Assembly: GCF_009914755.1 (NCBI RefSeq) | Contig: NC_060937.1 | Length of the DNA stretch: 64,000 nucleotides | From: the human T2T-CHM13v2.0 reference genome, Homo sapiens | Strand: one strand, 5' to 3' | Shown here: one piece after another, positions 46,510 through 63,500 of the stretch | How the letters are laid out: the number at the start of each line of letters is the position of its first letter | How positions within the stretch are numbered: the stretch's first letter is position 1 | Made by a program: the position numbers and the translations under genes | The notes under the pieces: generated by a model | What the model was told of the DNA's origin: nothing | The model's database searches: none | What the model saw: only the letters and a program-made list of their open reading frames with translations

Positions 46510-49500
46510 AATATCAAAGTACCCAAATATATATTATATACTGTACATGAAATATCAAAGTTCACAAACTATATATTATATCCTGTTAATAAAATATCAA
46601 TTTACCGAAGGTATATATTCTATACTGTACAAAAAATATCAAAGTACCCAAAGCATGTATTATATACTGTATATAAAATATGAAAGTACATCAAATATAT
46701 ATTTAATTCTGTACATAAAATATCAAAGTACACCAAATATATATTCTATACTGTACATAAAATATCAAGGTACACAAACTATACATTATATACTGTACAT
46801 AAAAGATGAAATTACATCAAAAATATATGATATTAGGTACATAAAATATGAAAGTACATCAAAGATAGATTGTATACTGTACATAAAATATCAAAGTACC
46901 CCAAATATATATTATATACTCTACATGAAATATCAAATTTCACAAACTATATATTATATACTGTACATAAAATATCAATGTACCCAAGGTATATATTCTA
47001 TACTGTACAAAAAATATCAAAGTACCCAAAGCATGTATTATATACTGTACATAAAATATGAAAGTACATCAAATATATATTTTCTTCTGTACATAAAATA
47101 TCAAACTACACCAAATATATATTCTATACTGTACATAAAATATCAAAGTACCCAAACTATACATTATATACTGTACATAAAATATGAAATTACATCAAAT
47201 ATCTATTATATTAGGTACGTAAAATATGAAAGTCCATCAAATATAGATTATATACTGTACATAATATACCTAAGTACCCCAAATATATATTTTATACTGT
47301 ACATGAAATATCAAAGTTCTCAAACTATATATTATATACTGTACATAAAATATCAAAGTACCCAAGGTATATATTCTATACTGTACAAAAAATATCAAAG
47401 TACCCAAAGTATGTATTATATGCTGTACATAAAATATGAAACTACATCAAATATATATTTTATTCTGTACATAAAATATCAAAGTACACCGAATATATAT
47501 TCTATACTGTACATAAAATATCAGAGTACCCAAACTATACATTATATACTGTACATAAAATATGAAATTACATCAAATATATATTATATTAGGTACATAT
47601 AATATGAAAGTACATCAAATATAGATTATATACTGTACATAAAATATCAAAGTACCAAAATATATATTATATACTGTACATGAAATATCAAAGTTCACAA
47701 AATATATATTTTATACTGTACATAAAATATCAATGTACCCAAGGTATATATTCTATACTGTACAAAAAATATCAAAGTACCCAAAACATGTATTATATAC
47801 TGTACATAAAATATGAAAGTACATCAAATATATATTTTATTCTGTACATAAGATATCAAAGTACACCAAATATATATTCTATACTGTACATAAAATATCA
47901 AAGTACCCAAACTATACATTATATACTGTATATAAAATATGAAATTATATCAAATGTATATTATATTAGGTACATAAAATATGAAAGTACATCAAATATA
48001 GATCATATAATGTACATAAAATATCAAAGTACCCAAATATATATTATATACTGTACATGAAATATCAAAGTTCACAAACTATATATTATATACTGTACCT
48101 AAAATATCAATGTACCCAAGGTATATATTCTATACTGTACATAAAATATCAAAGTACCCAACCTATACATTATATACTGTACATAAAATATGAAAGTACA
48201 TCAAATATATATTTTATTCTGTACATAAGATATCAAAGTACACCAAATATATATTCTATACTGTACATAAAATATCAAAGTACCCAAACTATACATTATA
48301 TACTGTATATAAAATATGAAATTATATCAAATATATATTATATTAGGTACATAAAATATGAAAGTACAACAAATATAGATTATATACTGTACATAAAATA
48401 TCAAAGTACCCAAATATATATTATATACTGTACATGAAATATCAAAGTTCACAAACTATATATTATATACTGTACATACAATATCAATGTACCCAAGGTA
48501 TATATTCTATACTGTACAAAAAATATCAAAGTACCCAAAGCATGTATTATATACTGTACATAAAATACGAAAATACATCAAATATATGTTTTATTCTGTA
48601 CATAAAATATCAAAGTACACCAAATATTTATTCTATAGTGTACATAAAATATCAAATTACCCAAACTATACATTACATACTGTACATAAAATATGAAATT
48701 ACATCAAATATATATTATATTATTTACCTAAAATATGAAAGTACCTCAAATATAGATTATTAACTGTACATAAAATATCAAAGTACCCCAAATATATATT
48801 ATATACTGTACATGAAATATCAAAGTTCACAAACTATATATTATATACTGTAGATAAAATATCAAAGTACCCAAGGTATATATTCTGTACTGTACAAAAA
48901 ATATGAAAGTACCCAAAGCATGTATTATATACTGTACATAAAATATGAAAGTACATCAAATATATATTTTATTCTGTACATATAATAACAAAGTACACCA
49001 GATATATATTTTATAGTGTACATAAAATATCAAAGTACCCAAACTATACCTTACATACTGTACATAAAATATGAAATTACATCAAATATATATTATATTA
49101 GGTACATAAAATATGAAAGTACATCAAATATAGATTATATACTGTACATTAAATACCAAAGTACCCCAAATATATATTTTATACTGTACGTGAAATATCA
49201 AAGTTCACAAACTATATATTATATACTGTACATATAATATCAAAGTACCCAAGGTATATATTCTATACTGTACAAAAAATAACAAAGTACCAAAAGCATG
49301 TATTATATACTGTACCTAAAATATGAAAGTACATCAAATATATATTTTATTCTGTACATAAAATATCAAAGTACACCAGATATATATTCTATAGTGTACA
49401 TAAAATATCAAAGTACCCAAACTATACATTATATACTGTACATAAAATATGAAATTACATCAAATATATATTATATTAGGTACATAAAATATGAAAGTAT

Positions 49501-52400
49501 ATCAAATATAGATTATATACTGTACATAATATATCAAAGTACCCAAATATATATTATATACTGTACATGAAATATCAATGTACCCAAGGTATATATTCTA
49601 TACTGTACAATAAATATCAAAGTATCCAAAGCATGTATTATATACTGTATATAAAATATGAATGTACATCAAATATATATTTTATTCTGTACATAAAATA
49701 TCAAAGTACCCAAGGTATATATTCTATACTGTAGAAAAAATATCAAAGTACCCAAAGCATGTATTATATGCTGTAGATAAAGTATGAACGTACATCAAAT
49801 ATATATTTTATTCTGTACATAAAATATCAATGTACACAAAATATATATTCTATACTGTACATAAAATATCAAAGTACAAAAACTATACATTACATACTGT
49901 ACATAAAATATGAAATTACATCAAATATATATTATATTAGGTACATAAAATATGAAAGTAGATCAAATATAGATTATATACTGTACATAAAATATCAAAG
50001 TACCCAAATATATATTATATACTGTACATGAAATATCAAAGTTCACAAACTATATATTATATCCTGTTAATAAAATATCAATTTACCGAAGGTATATATT
50101 CTATACTGTACAAAAAATATCAAAGTACCCAAAGCATGTATTATATACTGTATATAAAATATGAAAGTACATCAAATATATATTTTATTCTGTACATAAA
50201 ATATCAAAGTACACCAAATATATATTCTATACTGTACATAAAATATCAAGGTACACAAACTATACATTATATACTGTACATAAAAGATGAAATTACATCA
50301 AAAATATATGATATTAGGTACATAAAATATGAAAGTACATCAAATATAGATTGTATACTGTACATAAAATATCAAAGTACCCCAAATATATATTATATAC
50401 TCTACATGAAATATCAAAGTTCACAAACTATATATTATATACTGTACATAAAATATCAATGTACCCAAGGTATATATTCTATACTGTACAAAAAATATCA
50501 AAGTTCCCAAAGCATGTATTATATACTGTACACAAAATATGAAAGTACATCAAATATATATTTTCTTCTGTACATAAAATATCAAACTACACCAAATATA
50601 TATTCTATACTGTACATAAAATATCAAAGTACCCAAACTATACATTATATACTGTACATAAAATATGAAATTACATCAAATATCTATTATATTAGGTATG
50701 TAAAATATGAAAGTCCATCAAATATAGATTATATACTGTACATAATATACCTAAGTACCCCAAATATATATTTTATACTCTACATGAAATATCAAAGTTC
50801 TCAAACTATATATTATATACTGTACATAAAATATCAAAGTACCCAAGGTATATATTCTATACTGTACAAAAAATATCAAAGTACCCAAAGTATGTATTAT
50901 ATGCTGTACATAAAATATGAAACTACATCAAATATATATTTTATTCTGTACATAAAATATCAAAGTACACCAAATATATATTCTATACTGTACATAAAAT
51001 ATCAGAGTACCCAAACTATACATTATATACTGTACATAAAATATGAAATTACATCAAATATATATTATATTAGGTACATATAATATGAAAGTACATGAAA
51101 TATAGATTATATACTGTACATAAAATATCAAAGTACCAAAATATATATTATATACTGTACATGAAATATCAAAGTTCACAAAATATATATTTTATACTGT
51201 ACATAAAATATCAATGTACCCAAGGTATATATTCTATACTGTACAAAAAATATCAAAGTACCCAAAACATGTATTATATACTGTACATAAAATATGAAAG
51301 TTCATCAAATATATATTTTATTCTGTACATAAGATATCAAAGTACACCAAATATATATTCTATACTGTACATAAAATATCAAAGTACCCAAACTATACAT
51401 TATATACTGTATATAAAATATGAAATTATATCAAATGTATATTATATTAGGTACATAAAATATGAAAGTACATCAAATATAGATCATATAATGTACATAA
51501 AATATCAAAGTACCCAAATATATATTATATACTGTACATGAAATATCAAAGTTCACAAACTATATATTATATACTGTACCTAAAATATCAATGTACCCAA
51601 GGTATATATTCTATACTGTACATAAAATATCAAAGTACCCAACCTATACATTATATACTGTACATAAAATATGAAAGTACATCAAATATATATTTTATTC
51701 TGTACATAAGATATCAAAGTACACCAAATATATATTCTATACTGTACATAAAATATCAAAGTACCCAAACCATACATTATATACTGTATATAAAATATGA
51801 AATTATATCAAATATATATTATATTAGGTACATAAAATATGAAAGTACAACAAATATAGATTTTATACTGTACATAAAATATCAAAGTACCCAAATATAT
51901 ATTATATACTGTACATGAAATATCAAAGTTCACAAACTATATATTATATACTGTACATAAAATATCAATGTACCCAAGGTATATATTCTATACTGTACAA
52001 AAAATATCAAAGTACCCAAAGCATGTATTATATACTGTACATAAAATACGAAAATACATCAAATATATGTTTTATTCTGTACATAAAATATCAAAGTACA
52101 CCAAATATGTATTCTATAGTGTACATAAAATATCAAATTACCCAAACTATACATTACATACTGTACATAAAATATGAAATTACATCAAATATATATTATA
52201 TTATTTACCTAAAATATGAAAGTACCTCAAATATAGATTATTAACTGTACATAAAATATCAAAGTACCCCAAATATATATTATATACTGTACATGAAATA
52301 TCAAAGTTCACAAACTATATATTATATACTGTAGATAAAATATCAAAGTACCCAAGGTATATATTCTGTACTGTACAAATATATGAAAGTACCCAAAGCA
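46510..52400 (+). repeat. 3481-bp-offset direct duplication (about 2.4 kb shared: 46.5-48.9 kb and 50.0-52.4 kb)
   Basis: ORF pairs 46547/50028, 46870/50351, 48057/51538, 48434/51915 and 48487/51968 are all offset by 3481. They share rare markers such as ATCCTGTTAATAAAATATCAATTTACCGAAGG. Confidence 0.88.
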
Positions 52401-55400
52401 TGTATTATATACTGTACATAAAATATGAAAGTACATCAAATATATATATTATTCTGTACATAAAATATCAAAGTACACCAGATATATATTTTATAGTGTA
52501 CATAAAATATCAAAGTACCCAAACTATACATTATATACTGTATATAAAATATGAAATTACATCAAATATATATTATCTTAGGTACATAAAATATGAAAGT
52601 ACATCTAGTATAGATTATATACTGTACATAAAATATCAAAGTACCCCAAATATATATGATATACTGTACATGAAATATTAAAGTTCACAAACTATATATT
52701 ATATACTGAAGATAAAATATCAAAGTACCCAAGGTATATATTCTATACTGTACAAAAAATATCAAAGTACCCAAAGCATGTATTATATACTGTACATAAA
52801 ATATGAAATTAAATCAAATATATATTTTATTCTGTACAGAAAATAACAAAGTACACCAGATATATATTTTATAGTGTACATAAAATATCAAAGTACCCAA
52901 ACTATACATTACATACTGTACATAAAATACGAAAGTACATCAAATATATATTATATTAGGAACATAAAATATGAAAGTACATCAAATATAGATTATTAAC
53001 TGTACATAAAATATCAAAGTACCCCAAATATATATTATATACTGTACATGAAATATCAAAGTTCACAAACTATATATTATATACTGTACATAAAATATCA
53101 AAGTACCCAAGGTATATATTCTATACTGTACAAAAAATATCAAAGTACCCAAAGCATGTATTATATACTGTACATAAAATATGAAATTACATCAAATATA
53201 TATTATATTAGTTACATAAAATATGAAAGTACATCAAATATATATTTTATTCTGTACATAAAATATCAAAGTACACCAGATATATATTTTATAGTGTACA
53301 TAAAATATCAAAGTACCAAAAGTATACATTATATACTGTACATAAAATATGAAATTACATCAATTATATATTATATTAGGTACATAAAATATGAAAGTAC
53401 ATCAAATATAGATTATATACTGTACATAAAATATAAAAGTACCCCAAATATATATTATATACTGTGCATGAACTATCAAAATACACAAACTATATATTAT
53501 ATACTGTACATAAAATATCAAAGTACCCAAGCTATATATTCTATACTGTACAAAAAGTATCAAAGTACCCAAAGCATGTATTATATACTGTACATAAAAG
53601 ATGAAAGTACATCAAATATATATTTTATTCTGTACATAAAATATCAAGGTACCCCAAATATATATGATATACTGTACATGAAATATCAAAGTTCACAAAC
53701 TATACATTATATACTGTAGATACAATATCAAAGTACACAATGTATATATTCTATACTGTACAAAAAATATCAAAGTGCCCAAAGCATGTATTATATACTG
53801 TACATAAAATATGAAAGTACGTCCAATATATATTTTATTCTGTACATAAAATATCAAAGTACACCAGATATATATTTTATAGTGTACATAAAATATCAAA
53901 GTACCCAAACTATACATTATATACTGTACATAATATATGAAATTTCATCAAATATATATTATATTAGGTACATAAAATATGAAAGTACATCTAGTATAGA
54001 TTATATACTGTACATAAAATATCAAAGTACCCCAAATATATATGATATACTGTACATGAAATATCAAAGTTCACAAACTATATATTATATACTGTACATA
54101 AAATATCAATGTACCCAAGGTATATATTCTATACTGTACAAAAAATATCAAAGTACCCAAAGCATGTATTATATACTGTACATAAAATACGAAAATACAT
54201 CAAATATATGTTTTATTCTGTACATAAAATATCAAAGTACACCAAATATGTATTCTATAGTGTACATAAAATATCAAATTACCCAAACTATACATTACAT
54301 ACTGTACATAAAATATGAAATTACATCAAATATATATTATATTATTTACCTAAAATATGAAAGTACCTCAAATATAGATTATTAACTGTACATAAAATAT
54401 CAAAGTACCCCAAATATATATTATATACTGTACATGAAATATCAAAGTTCACAAACTATATATTATATACTGTAGATAAAATATCAAAGTACCCAAGGTA
54501 TATATTCTGTACTGTACAAAAAATATGAAAGTACCCAAAGCATGTATTATATACTGTACATAAAATATGAAAGTACATCAAATATATATTTTATTCTATA
54601 CATAAAATAACAAAGTACACCAGATATATATTTTATAGTGTACATAAAATATCAAAGTACCCAAACTATACATTATATACTGTACATAAAATATGAAATT
54701 ACATCAAATATATATTATATTAGGTACATAAAATATGAAAGTACATCAAATATAGATTATATACTGTACATAAAATATCAAAGTACCCCAAATATATATT
54801 ATATACTGTACATGAAATATCAAAGTTCGGAAACTATATATTATATACTGTACATAAAATATCAAAGTACCCAAGGTATATATTCTATACTGTACAAAAA
54901 ATATCAAAGTATCCAAAGCATGTATTATACACTGTACATAAAATATGAAAGTACATCAAATATATATATTATTCTGTACATAAAATATCAAAGTACACCA
55001 GATATATATTTTATAGTGTACATAAAATATCAAAGTACCCAAACTATACATTATATACTGTATATAAAATATGAAATTACATCAAATATATATTATATTA
55101 GGTACATAAAATATGAAAGTACATCTAGTATAGATTATATACTGTACATAAAATATCAAAGTACCCCAAATATATATGATATACTGTACATGAAATATTA
55201 AAGTTCACAAACTATATATTATATACTGTAGATAAAATATCAAAGTACCCAAGGTATATATTCTATACTGTACAAAGAATATCAAAGTACCCAAAGCATG
55301 TATTATATACTGTACATAAAATATGAAAGTACATCAAATATATATTTTATTCTGTACATAAAATAACAAAGTACACCAGATATATATTTTATAGTGTACA

Positions 55401-58249
55401 TAAAATATCAAAGTACCCAAACTATACATTACATACTGTACGTAAAATATGAAATTTCATCAAATATATATTATATTAGGTACATAAAATATGAAAGTAC
55501 ATCTAGTATAGATTATATACTGTACATAAAATATCAAAGTACCCCAAATATACATGATATACTGTACATGAAATATCAAAGTTCACAAACTATATATTAT
55601 ATACTGTACATAAAATATCAAAGTACCCAAGGTATATATTCTATACTGTACAAAAAATATCAAAGTACCCAAAGCATGTATTATATACTGTACATAAAAT
55701 ATGAAAGTACATCAAATGTATATTTAATTCTGTACATAAAATATGAAAGTACACCAGATGTATATTTTATAGTGTACATAAAATATCAAAGTACCCAAAC
55801 TATACATTATATACTGTACATAAAATATGAAATTACATCCAATATATATGATGTTAGGTACATAAAATATGAAAGTACATCAATTATATATTTTATTCTG
55901 TAGATAAAATATCAAAGTACACCAGATATATATTTTATAGTGTACATAAAATATCAAAGTACCCAAACTATACATTATATATTGTACATAAAATAAGAAA
56001 TTACATCAAATATATAGTATATTAGGTACCTAAAATATGAAAGTACATCAAATATAGATTACTAACTGTACATAAAATATCAAAGAACCCCAAATATATA
56101 TTATATACTGTACATGAAATATCAAACTTCACTATGTATATATTATATACTGTACATAAAATATCAAAGTACCCAACGTATATATTCTATACTGTACAAA
56201 AAATATCAAAGTACTCAAAGCATGTATTATATACTGTACATAAAATATGAAAGTACATCAAATATGTATTTTATTCTCTACATAAATTATGAAAGTACAC
56301 CAGATATATATTTTATAGTGTACATAAAATATCAAAGTACGCAAACTATCCATTATATACTGTACATAAAATATGAAATTACATCAAATATATATTATAT
56401 TAGGTACATAAAATATAAAAGTACATCTAGTATAGATTATATACTGTACATAAAATATCAAAGTAGCCCAAATATATATTATATACTGTACATGAAATAT
56501 CAAAGTTCGCAAACTATATATTATATATTGTAGATAAAATATCAAAGTACCCAAGGTATATATTCTATACTGTATAAAAAATATCAAAGTATCCACAGCA
56601 TGTATTATACACTGTACATAAAATATGAAAGTACATCAAGTATATATATTATTCTGTACATAAAATATCAAAGTACACCAGATATATATTTTATAGTGTA
56701 CATAAAATATCAAAGTACCCAAACTATACATTATATACTGTACATAAAATATGAAAGTACATCAAATATATATTATATTAGTTACCTAAAATATGAAAGT
56801 ACATCAAATATAGATTATTAACTGTACATAAAATATCAAAGTACCCCAAATATATATTATATACTGTACAAGAAATATCAAAGTTCACAAACTATATATT
56901 ATATACTGTAGATAAAATATCAAAGTACCCAAGGTATATATTCTATACTGTACAAAAAATATCAAAGTACCCAAAGCATGTATTATATACTGTACATAAA
57001 ATATGAAAGTACATCAAATATATATTTTATTCTGTACATAAAATATCAAAGTACACCAGATATATATTTTATAGTGTACATAAAATATCAAAGTACCAAA
57101 CATATACATTATATACTGTACATAAAATATGAAATTACATCAAATATATATTATATTAGGTACATAAAATATGAAAGTACTTCTAGTATAGATTATATAC
57201 TGTACATAAACTATCAAAGTACCCCAAATATATATGATATACTGTACATGAAATATCAAAGTTCACAAGCTATATATTATATACTGTAGATAAAATATCA
57301 AAGTACCCAAGGTATATATTCTATACTGTACAAAGAATATCAAAGTACCCAAAGCATGTATTATATACTGTACATAAAATATGAAAGAACATCAAATATA
57401 TATTTTATTCTGTACATAAAATAACAAAATACACCAGATATATATTTTATAGTGTACATAAAATATTAAAGTACCCAAAGTATACATTACATACTGTACA
57501 TAAAATATGAAATTACATCAAATATATATTATATTAGGAACATAAAATATGAAAGTACATCAAATATAGGTTATTAACTGTACATAAAATATCAAAGAAA
57601 CCCAAATATATATTATATACTGTACATGAGATATCAAACTTCACAAACTATATATTATATACTGTAGATAAAATATCAAAGTACCCAAGGTATATATTCT
57701 ATACTGTACAAAAAATATCAAAGTACCCAAAGCATGTATTATATACTGTACATAAAATATGAAAGTACATCAAATATATATTTTATTCTGTACATAAAAT
57801 ATCAAAGTACACCAGATATATATTTTATAGTGTACATAAAATATCAAAGTACCAAAACTATACATTATATACTGTACATAATATATGAAATTACATCAAA
57901 TATATATTATATTAGGTACATAAAATATGAAATTACATAAAATATAGATGATATAGTGTACATAAAATATCAAAGTAGCCCAAATATATATTATACAGTG
58001 AACATGAAATATCAAAATTTACAAAATATATATTATATAATGTACATAAAATATCAAATTACCCAAAGCAAGTGTTATATACTGTACATAAAAGATGAAA
58101 GTACATCAAATATATATTTTATTCTGTACATAAAATATCAAAGTACACCAGATATATATTTTATAGTGTACATAAAATATCAAGGTACCCAAACTATACA
58201 TTATATACTGTACATAAAATATGAAATTACATCAAATATATATTATATT

Positions 58250-61200
58250 AGGAACATAAAATATGAAAGTACATCAAATATAGATTATTAACTGTACATA
58301 AAATATCAAAGAACCCCAAATATATATTATATACTGTACATGAGATATCAAACTTCACAAACTATATATTATATACTGTACATAAAATATCAAAGTACCC
58401 AAGGTATATATTCTATACTGTACAAAAAATATCAAAGTACCCAAAGCATGTATTATATACTGTACATAAAAGATGAAAGTACATCAAATATATATTTTAT
58501 TCTGTACATAAAATATCAAAGTACACCAGATATGTATTTTATAGTGTACATAAAATATAAAAGTACCCAAACTATACATTATATACTGTACATAAAATAT
58601 GAAATTACATCAAATATATATTATATTAGGTACATAAAATATGAAAGTACATCAAATATAGATTATATACTGTACACAAAATATAAAAGTACCCCAAATA
58701 TATATTATATACTGTACAAGAAATATCAAAATACACAAACTATATATTATATACTGTAGAAAAAATATCAAAGTACCCAAAGCAAGTATTATTTACTGTA
58801 CATAAAAATGAAAGTACATCAAATATATATTTTATTCTGTACATAAAATATCAAAGTACACCAGATATATAATTTATAGTGTACATAAAACATCAAGGTA
58901 CACAAACTATACATTATATACTGTACATAAAATATGAAATTATGTCAAATATGTATTATATTGGGTACATAAAATAGGAAAGTACATCAAATATAGATTA
59001 TTAATTGTACATAAAATATCAAAGAACCCCAAATATATATTATATACTGTACATGAAATATCAAAGTTCACAAACTATATATTATATACTGTACATAAAA
59101 TATCAAGGTACCCAAGGTATATATTCTATACTGTACAAAAAATATCAAAGTACCCAAAGCATGTATTATATACTGTACGTAAAATATGAGAATACATCAA
59201 ATATATATTTTATTCTGTACATAAAATATCAAAGTACACCAGATATATATTTTATAGTGTACATAAAATATCAAAGTACCCAAACTATACATTACATACT
59301 GTACATAAAATATGAAATTACATCAAATATATATTATATTAGGTATATAAAATATGAAAGTACATAAAATATAGATGATATACTGTACATAAAATATCAA
59401 AGTAGCCCAAATATATATTATACAGTGTACATGAAATATCAAAATTTACAAAATATATATTATATAATGTACATAAAATATCCAAGTACCCAAAGCAAGT
59501 ATTTTTTACTGTACATAAAAATGAAAGTACATCAAATATATATTTTATTCTGTACATAAAATATCAAAGTACACCAGATATATATTTTATAGTGTACATA
59601 ATATATCAAGGTACCCAAACTATGCATTATATACTGTACATAAAATATGAAATTACATCAAATATATATTATATTAGGTACGTAAAATATGAAAGTACAT
59701 CAAATATAGATTATATACTGTACATAAAATATAAAAGAACCCCAAATATATATTATATACTTTACATGAAATATCAAAATACACAAACTATATATTATAT
59801 ACTGTACATAAAATATCAAAGTACCCAAGGTATATATTCTATACTGTACAAAAAATATCAAAGTACCCAAGCATGTATTATATACTGTACATAAAATATG
59901 AAAGTACATCAAATATATATTTGATTCTGTACATAAAATAACAAAGTACACCCAATATATATTTTATAGTATACATAAAATATCAAAGTACCCAAACTAT
60001 ACATTACATACTGTACATAAAATATGAAATTACATCAAATATATATTATATTAGGAACATAAAATATGAAAGTACATCAAATATAGATTATTAACTATAC
60101 ATAAAATATCAAAGAACCCCAAATATATATTATATACTGTACATGAGATATCAAACTTCACAATCTATATATTATATACTGTACATAAAATATCAAAGCA
60201 CCCAAGGTATATATTCTATACTGTACAAAAAATATCAAAGTACTCAAAGCATGTATTATATACTGTACATAAAAGATGAAAGTACATCAAATATATATTT
60301 TATTCTGTACATAAAATATCAAAGTACACCAGATATATATTTTATAGTGTACATAAAATATCAAAGTACCCAAACTATACATTATATACTGTACATAAAA
60401 TATGAAATTACATCAACTATATATTATATTAGGTACATAAAATATGAAAGTACATCAAATATAGATCATATACTGTACATAAAATATAAAAGTACCCCAA
60501 ATATATATTATATACTGTACAAGAAATATCAAAATACACAAACTATATATTATATACTGTAGAAAAAATATCAAAGTACCCAAAGCAAGTATTATTTACT
60601 GTACATAAAAATGAATGTACATCAAATATATATTTTATTCTGTACATAAAATATCAAAGTACACCAGATATATAATTTATAGTGCACATAAAACATCAAG
60701 GTACACAAACTATACATTATACACTGTACATAAAATATGAAATTACATCAAATATGTATTATATTGGGTACATAGAATAGGAAAGTACATCAAATATAGA
60801 TTATTAATTGTACATAAAATATCAAAGAACCCCAAATATATATTATATACTGTACATGAAATATCAAAGTTCACAAACTATATATTATATACTGTACATA
60901 AAATATCAAGGTACCCAAGGTATATATTCTATACTGTACAAAAAATATCAAAGTACCCAAAGCATGTATTATATACTGTACCTAAAATATGAGAATACAT
61001 CAAATATATATTTTATTTTGTACATAAAATATCAAAGTACACCAAATATATATTTTATAGTGTACATAAAATATCAAAGTACCCAAACTATACATTACAT
61101 ACTGTACATAAAATATGAAATTACATCAAATATATATTATATTAGGTATATAAAATATGAAAGTACATAAAATATAGATGATATACTGTACATAAAATAT

Positions 61201-63500
61201 CAAAGTAGCCAAATATATATTATACAGTGTACATGAAATATCAAAATTTACAAAATATATATTATATAATGTACATAAAATATCAAAGTACCCAAAGCAA
61301 GTATTTTTTACTGTACATAAAAATGAAAGTACGTCAAATATATATTTTATTCTGTACATAAAATATCAAAGTACACCAGATATATATTTTATAGTGTACA
61401 TAATATATCAAGGTACCCAAACTATACATTATATACTGTACATAAAATATGAAATTACATCAAATATATATTATATTAGGTACGTAAAATATGAAAGTAC
61501 ATCAAATATAGATTATATACTGTACATAAAATATAAAAGAACCCCAAATATATATTATATACTTTACATGAAATATCAAAATACACAAACTATATATTAT
61601 ATACTGTACATAAAATATCAAAGTACCCAAGGTATATATTCTATACTGTACAAAAAATATCAAAGTACCCAAGCATGTATTATATACTGTACATAAAATA
61701 TGAAAGTACATCAAATATATATTTGATTCTGTACATAAAATAACAAAGTACACCCAATATATATTTTATAGTATACATAAAATATCAAAGTACCCAAACT
61801 ATACATTACATACTGTACATAAAATATGAAATTACATCAAATATATATTATATTAGGAACATAAAATATGAAAGTACATCAAATATAGATTATTAACTAT
61901 ACATAAAATATCAAAGAACCCCAAATATATATTATATACTGTACATGAGATATCAAACTTCACAATCTATATATTATATACTGTACATAAAATATCAAAG
62001 CACCCAAGGTATATATTCTATACTGTACAAAAAATATCAAAGTACTCAAAGCATGTATTATATACTGTACATAAAAGATGAAAGTACATCAAATATATAT
62101 TTTATTCTGTACATAAAATATCAAAGTACACCAGATATATATTTTATAGTGTACATAAAATATCAAAGTACCCAAACTATACATTATATACTGTACATAA
62201 AATATGAAATTACATCAACTATATATTATATTAGGTACATAAAATATGAAAGTACATCAAATATAGATCATATACTGTACATAAAATATAAAAGTACCCC
62301 AAATATATATTATATACTGTACAAGAAATATCAAAATACACAAACTATATATTATATACTGTAGAAAAAATATCAAAGTACCCAAAGCAAGTATTATTTA
62401 CTGTACATAAAAATGAATGTACATCAAATATATATTTTATTCTGTACATAAAATATCAAAGTACACCAGATATATAATTTATAGTGCACATAAAACATCA
62501 AGGTACACAAACTATACATTATACACTGTACATAAAATATGAAATTACATCAAATATGTATTATATTGGGTACATAGAATAGGAAAGTACATCAAATATA
62601 GATTATTAATTGTACATAAAATATCAAAGAACCCCAAATATATATTATATACTGTACATGAAATATCAAAGTTCACAAACTATATATTATATACTGTACA
62701 TAAAATATCAAGGTACCCAAGGTATATATTCTATACTGTACAAAAAATATCAAAGTACCCAAAGCATGTATTATATACTGTACCTAAAATATGAGAATAC
62801 ATCAAATATATATTTTATTTTGTACATAAAATATCAAAGTACACCAAATATATATTTTATAGTGTACATAAAATATCAAAGTACCCAAACTATACATTAC
62901 ATACTGTACATAAAATATGAAATTACATCAAATATATATTATATTAGGTATATAAAATATGAAAGTACATAAAATATAGATGATATACTGTACATAAAAT
63001 ATCAAAGTAGCCAAATATATATTATACAGTGTACATGAAATATCAAAATTTACAAAATATATATTATATAATGTACATAAAATATCAAAGTACCCAAAGC
63101 AAGTATTTTTTACTGTACATAAAAATGAAAGTACGTCAAATATATATTTTATTCTGTACATAAAATATCAAAGTACACCAGATATATATTTTATAGTGTA
63201 CATAATATATCAAGGTACCCAAACTATACATTATATACTGTACATAAAATATGAAATTACATCAAATATATATTATATTAGGTACGTAAAATATGAAAGT
63301 ACATCAAATATAGATTATATACTGTACATAAAATATAAAAGAACCCCAAATATATATTATATACTGTACATGAAATATCAAAATACACAAACTACATATT
63401 ATATACTGTACATAAAATATCAAAGTACCCAAGGTATATATTCTATACTGTACAAAAAATATCAAAGTACCCAAAGCATGTATTATATACTGTACATAAA
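58250..63500 (+). repeat. About 3 tandem copies of an 1802/1803-bp 43-monomer super-HOR (9+8+9+8+9)
   Basis: ORF triplets 58340/60143/61945, 59005/60808/62610 and 59592/61394/63196. The 60143/61945 and 60808/62610 ORF pairs have identical translations. Confidence 0.92.
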
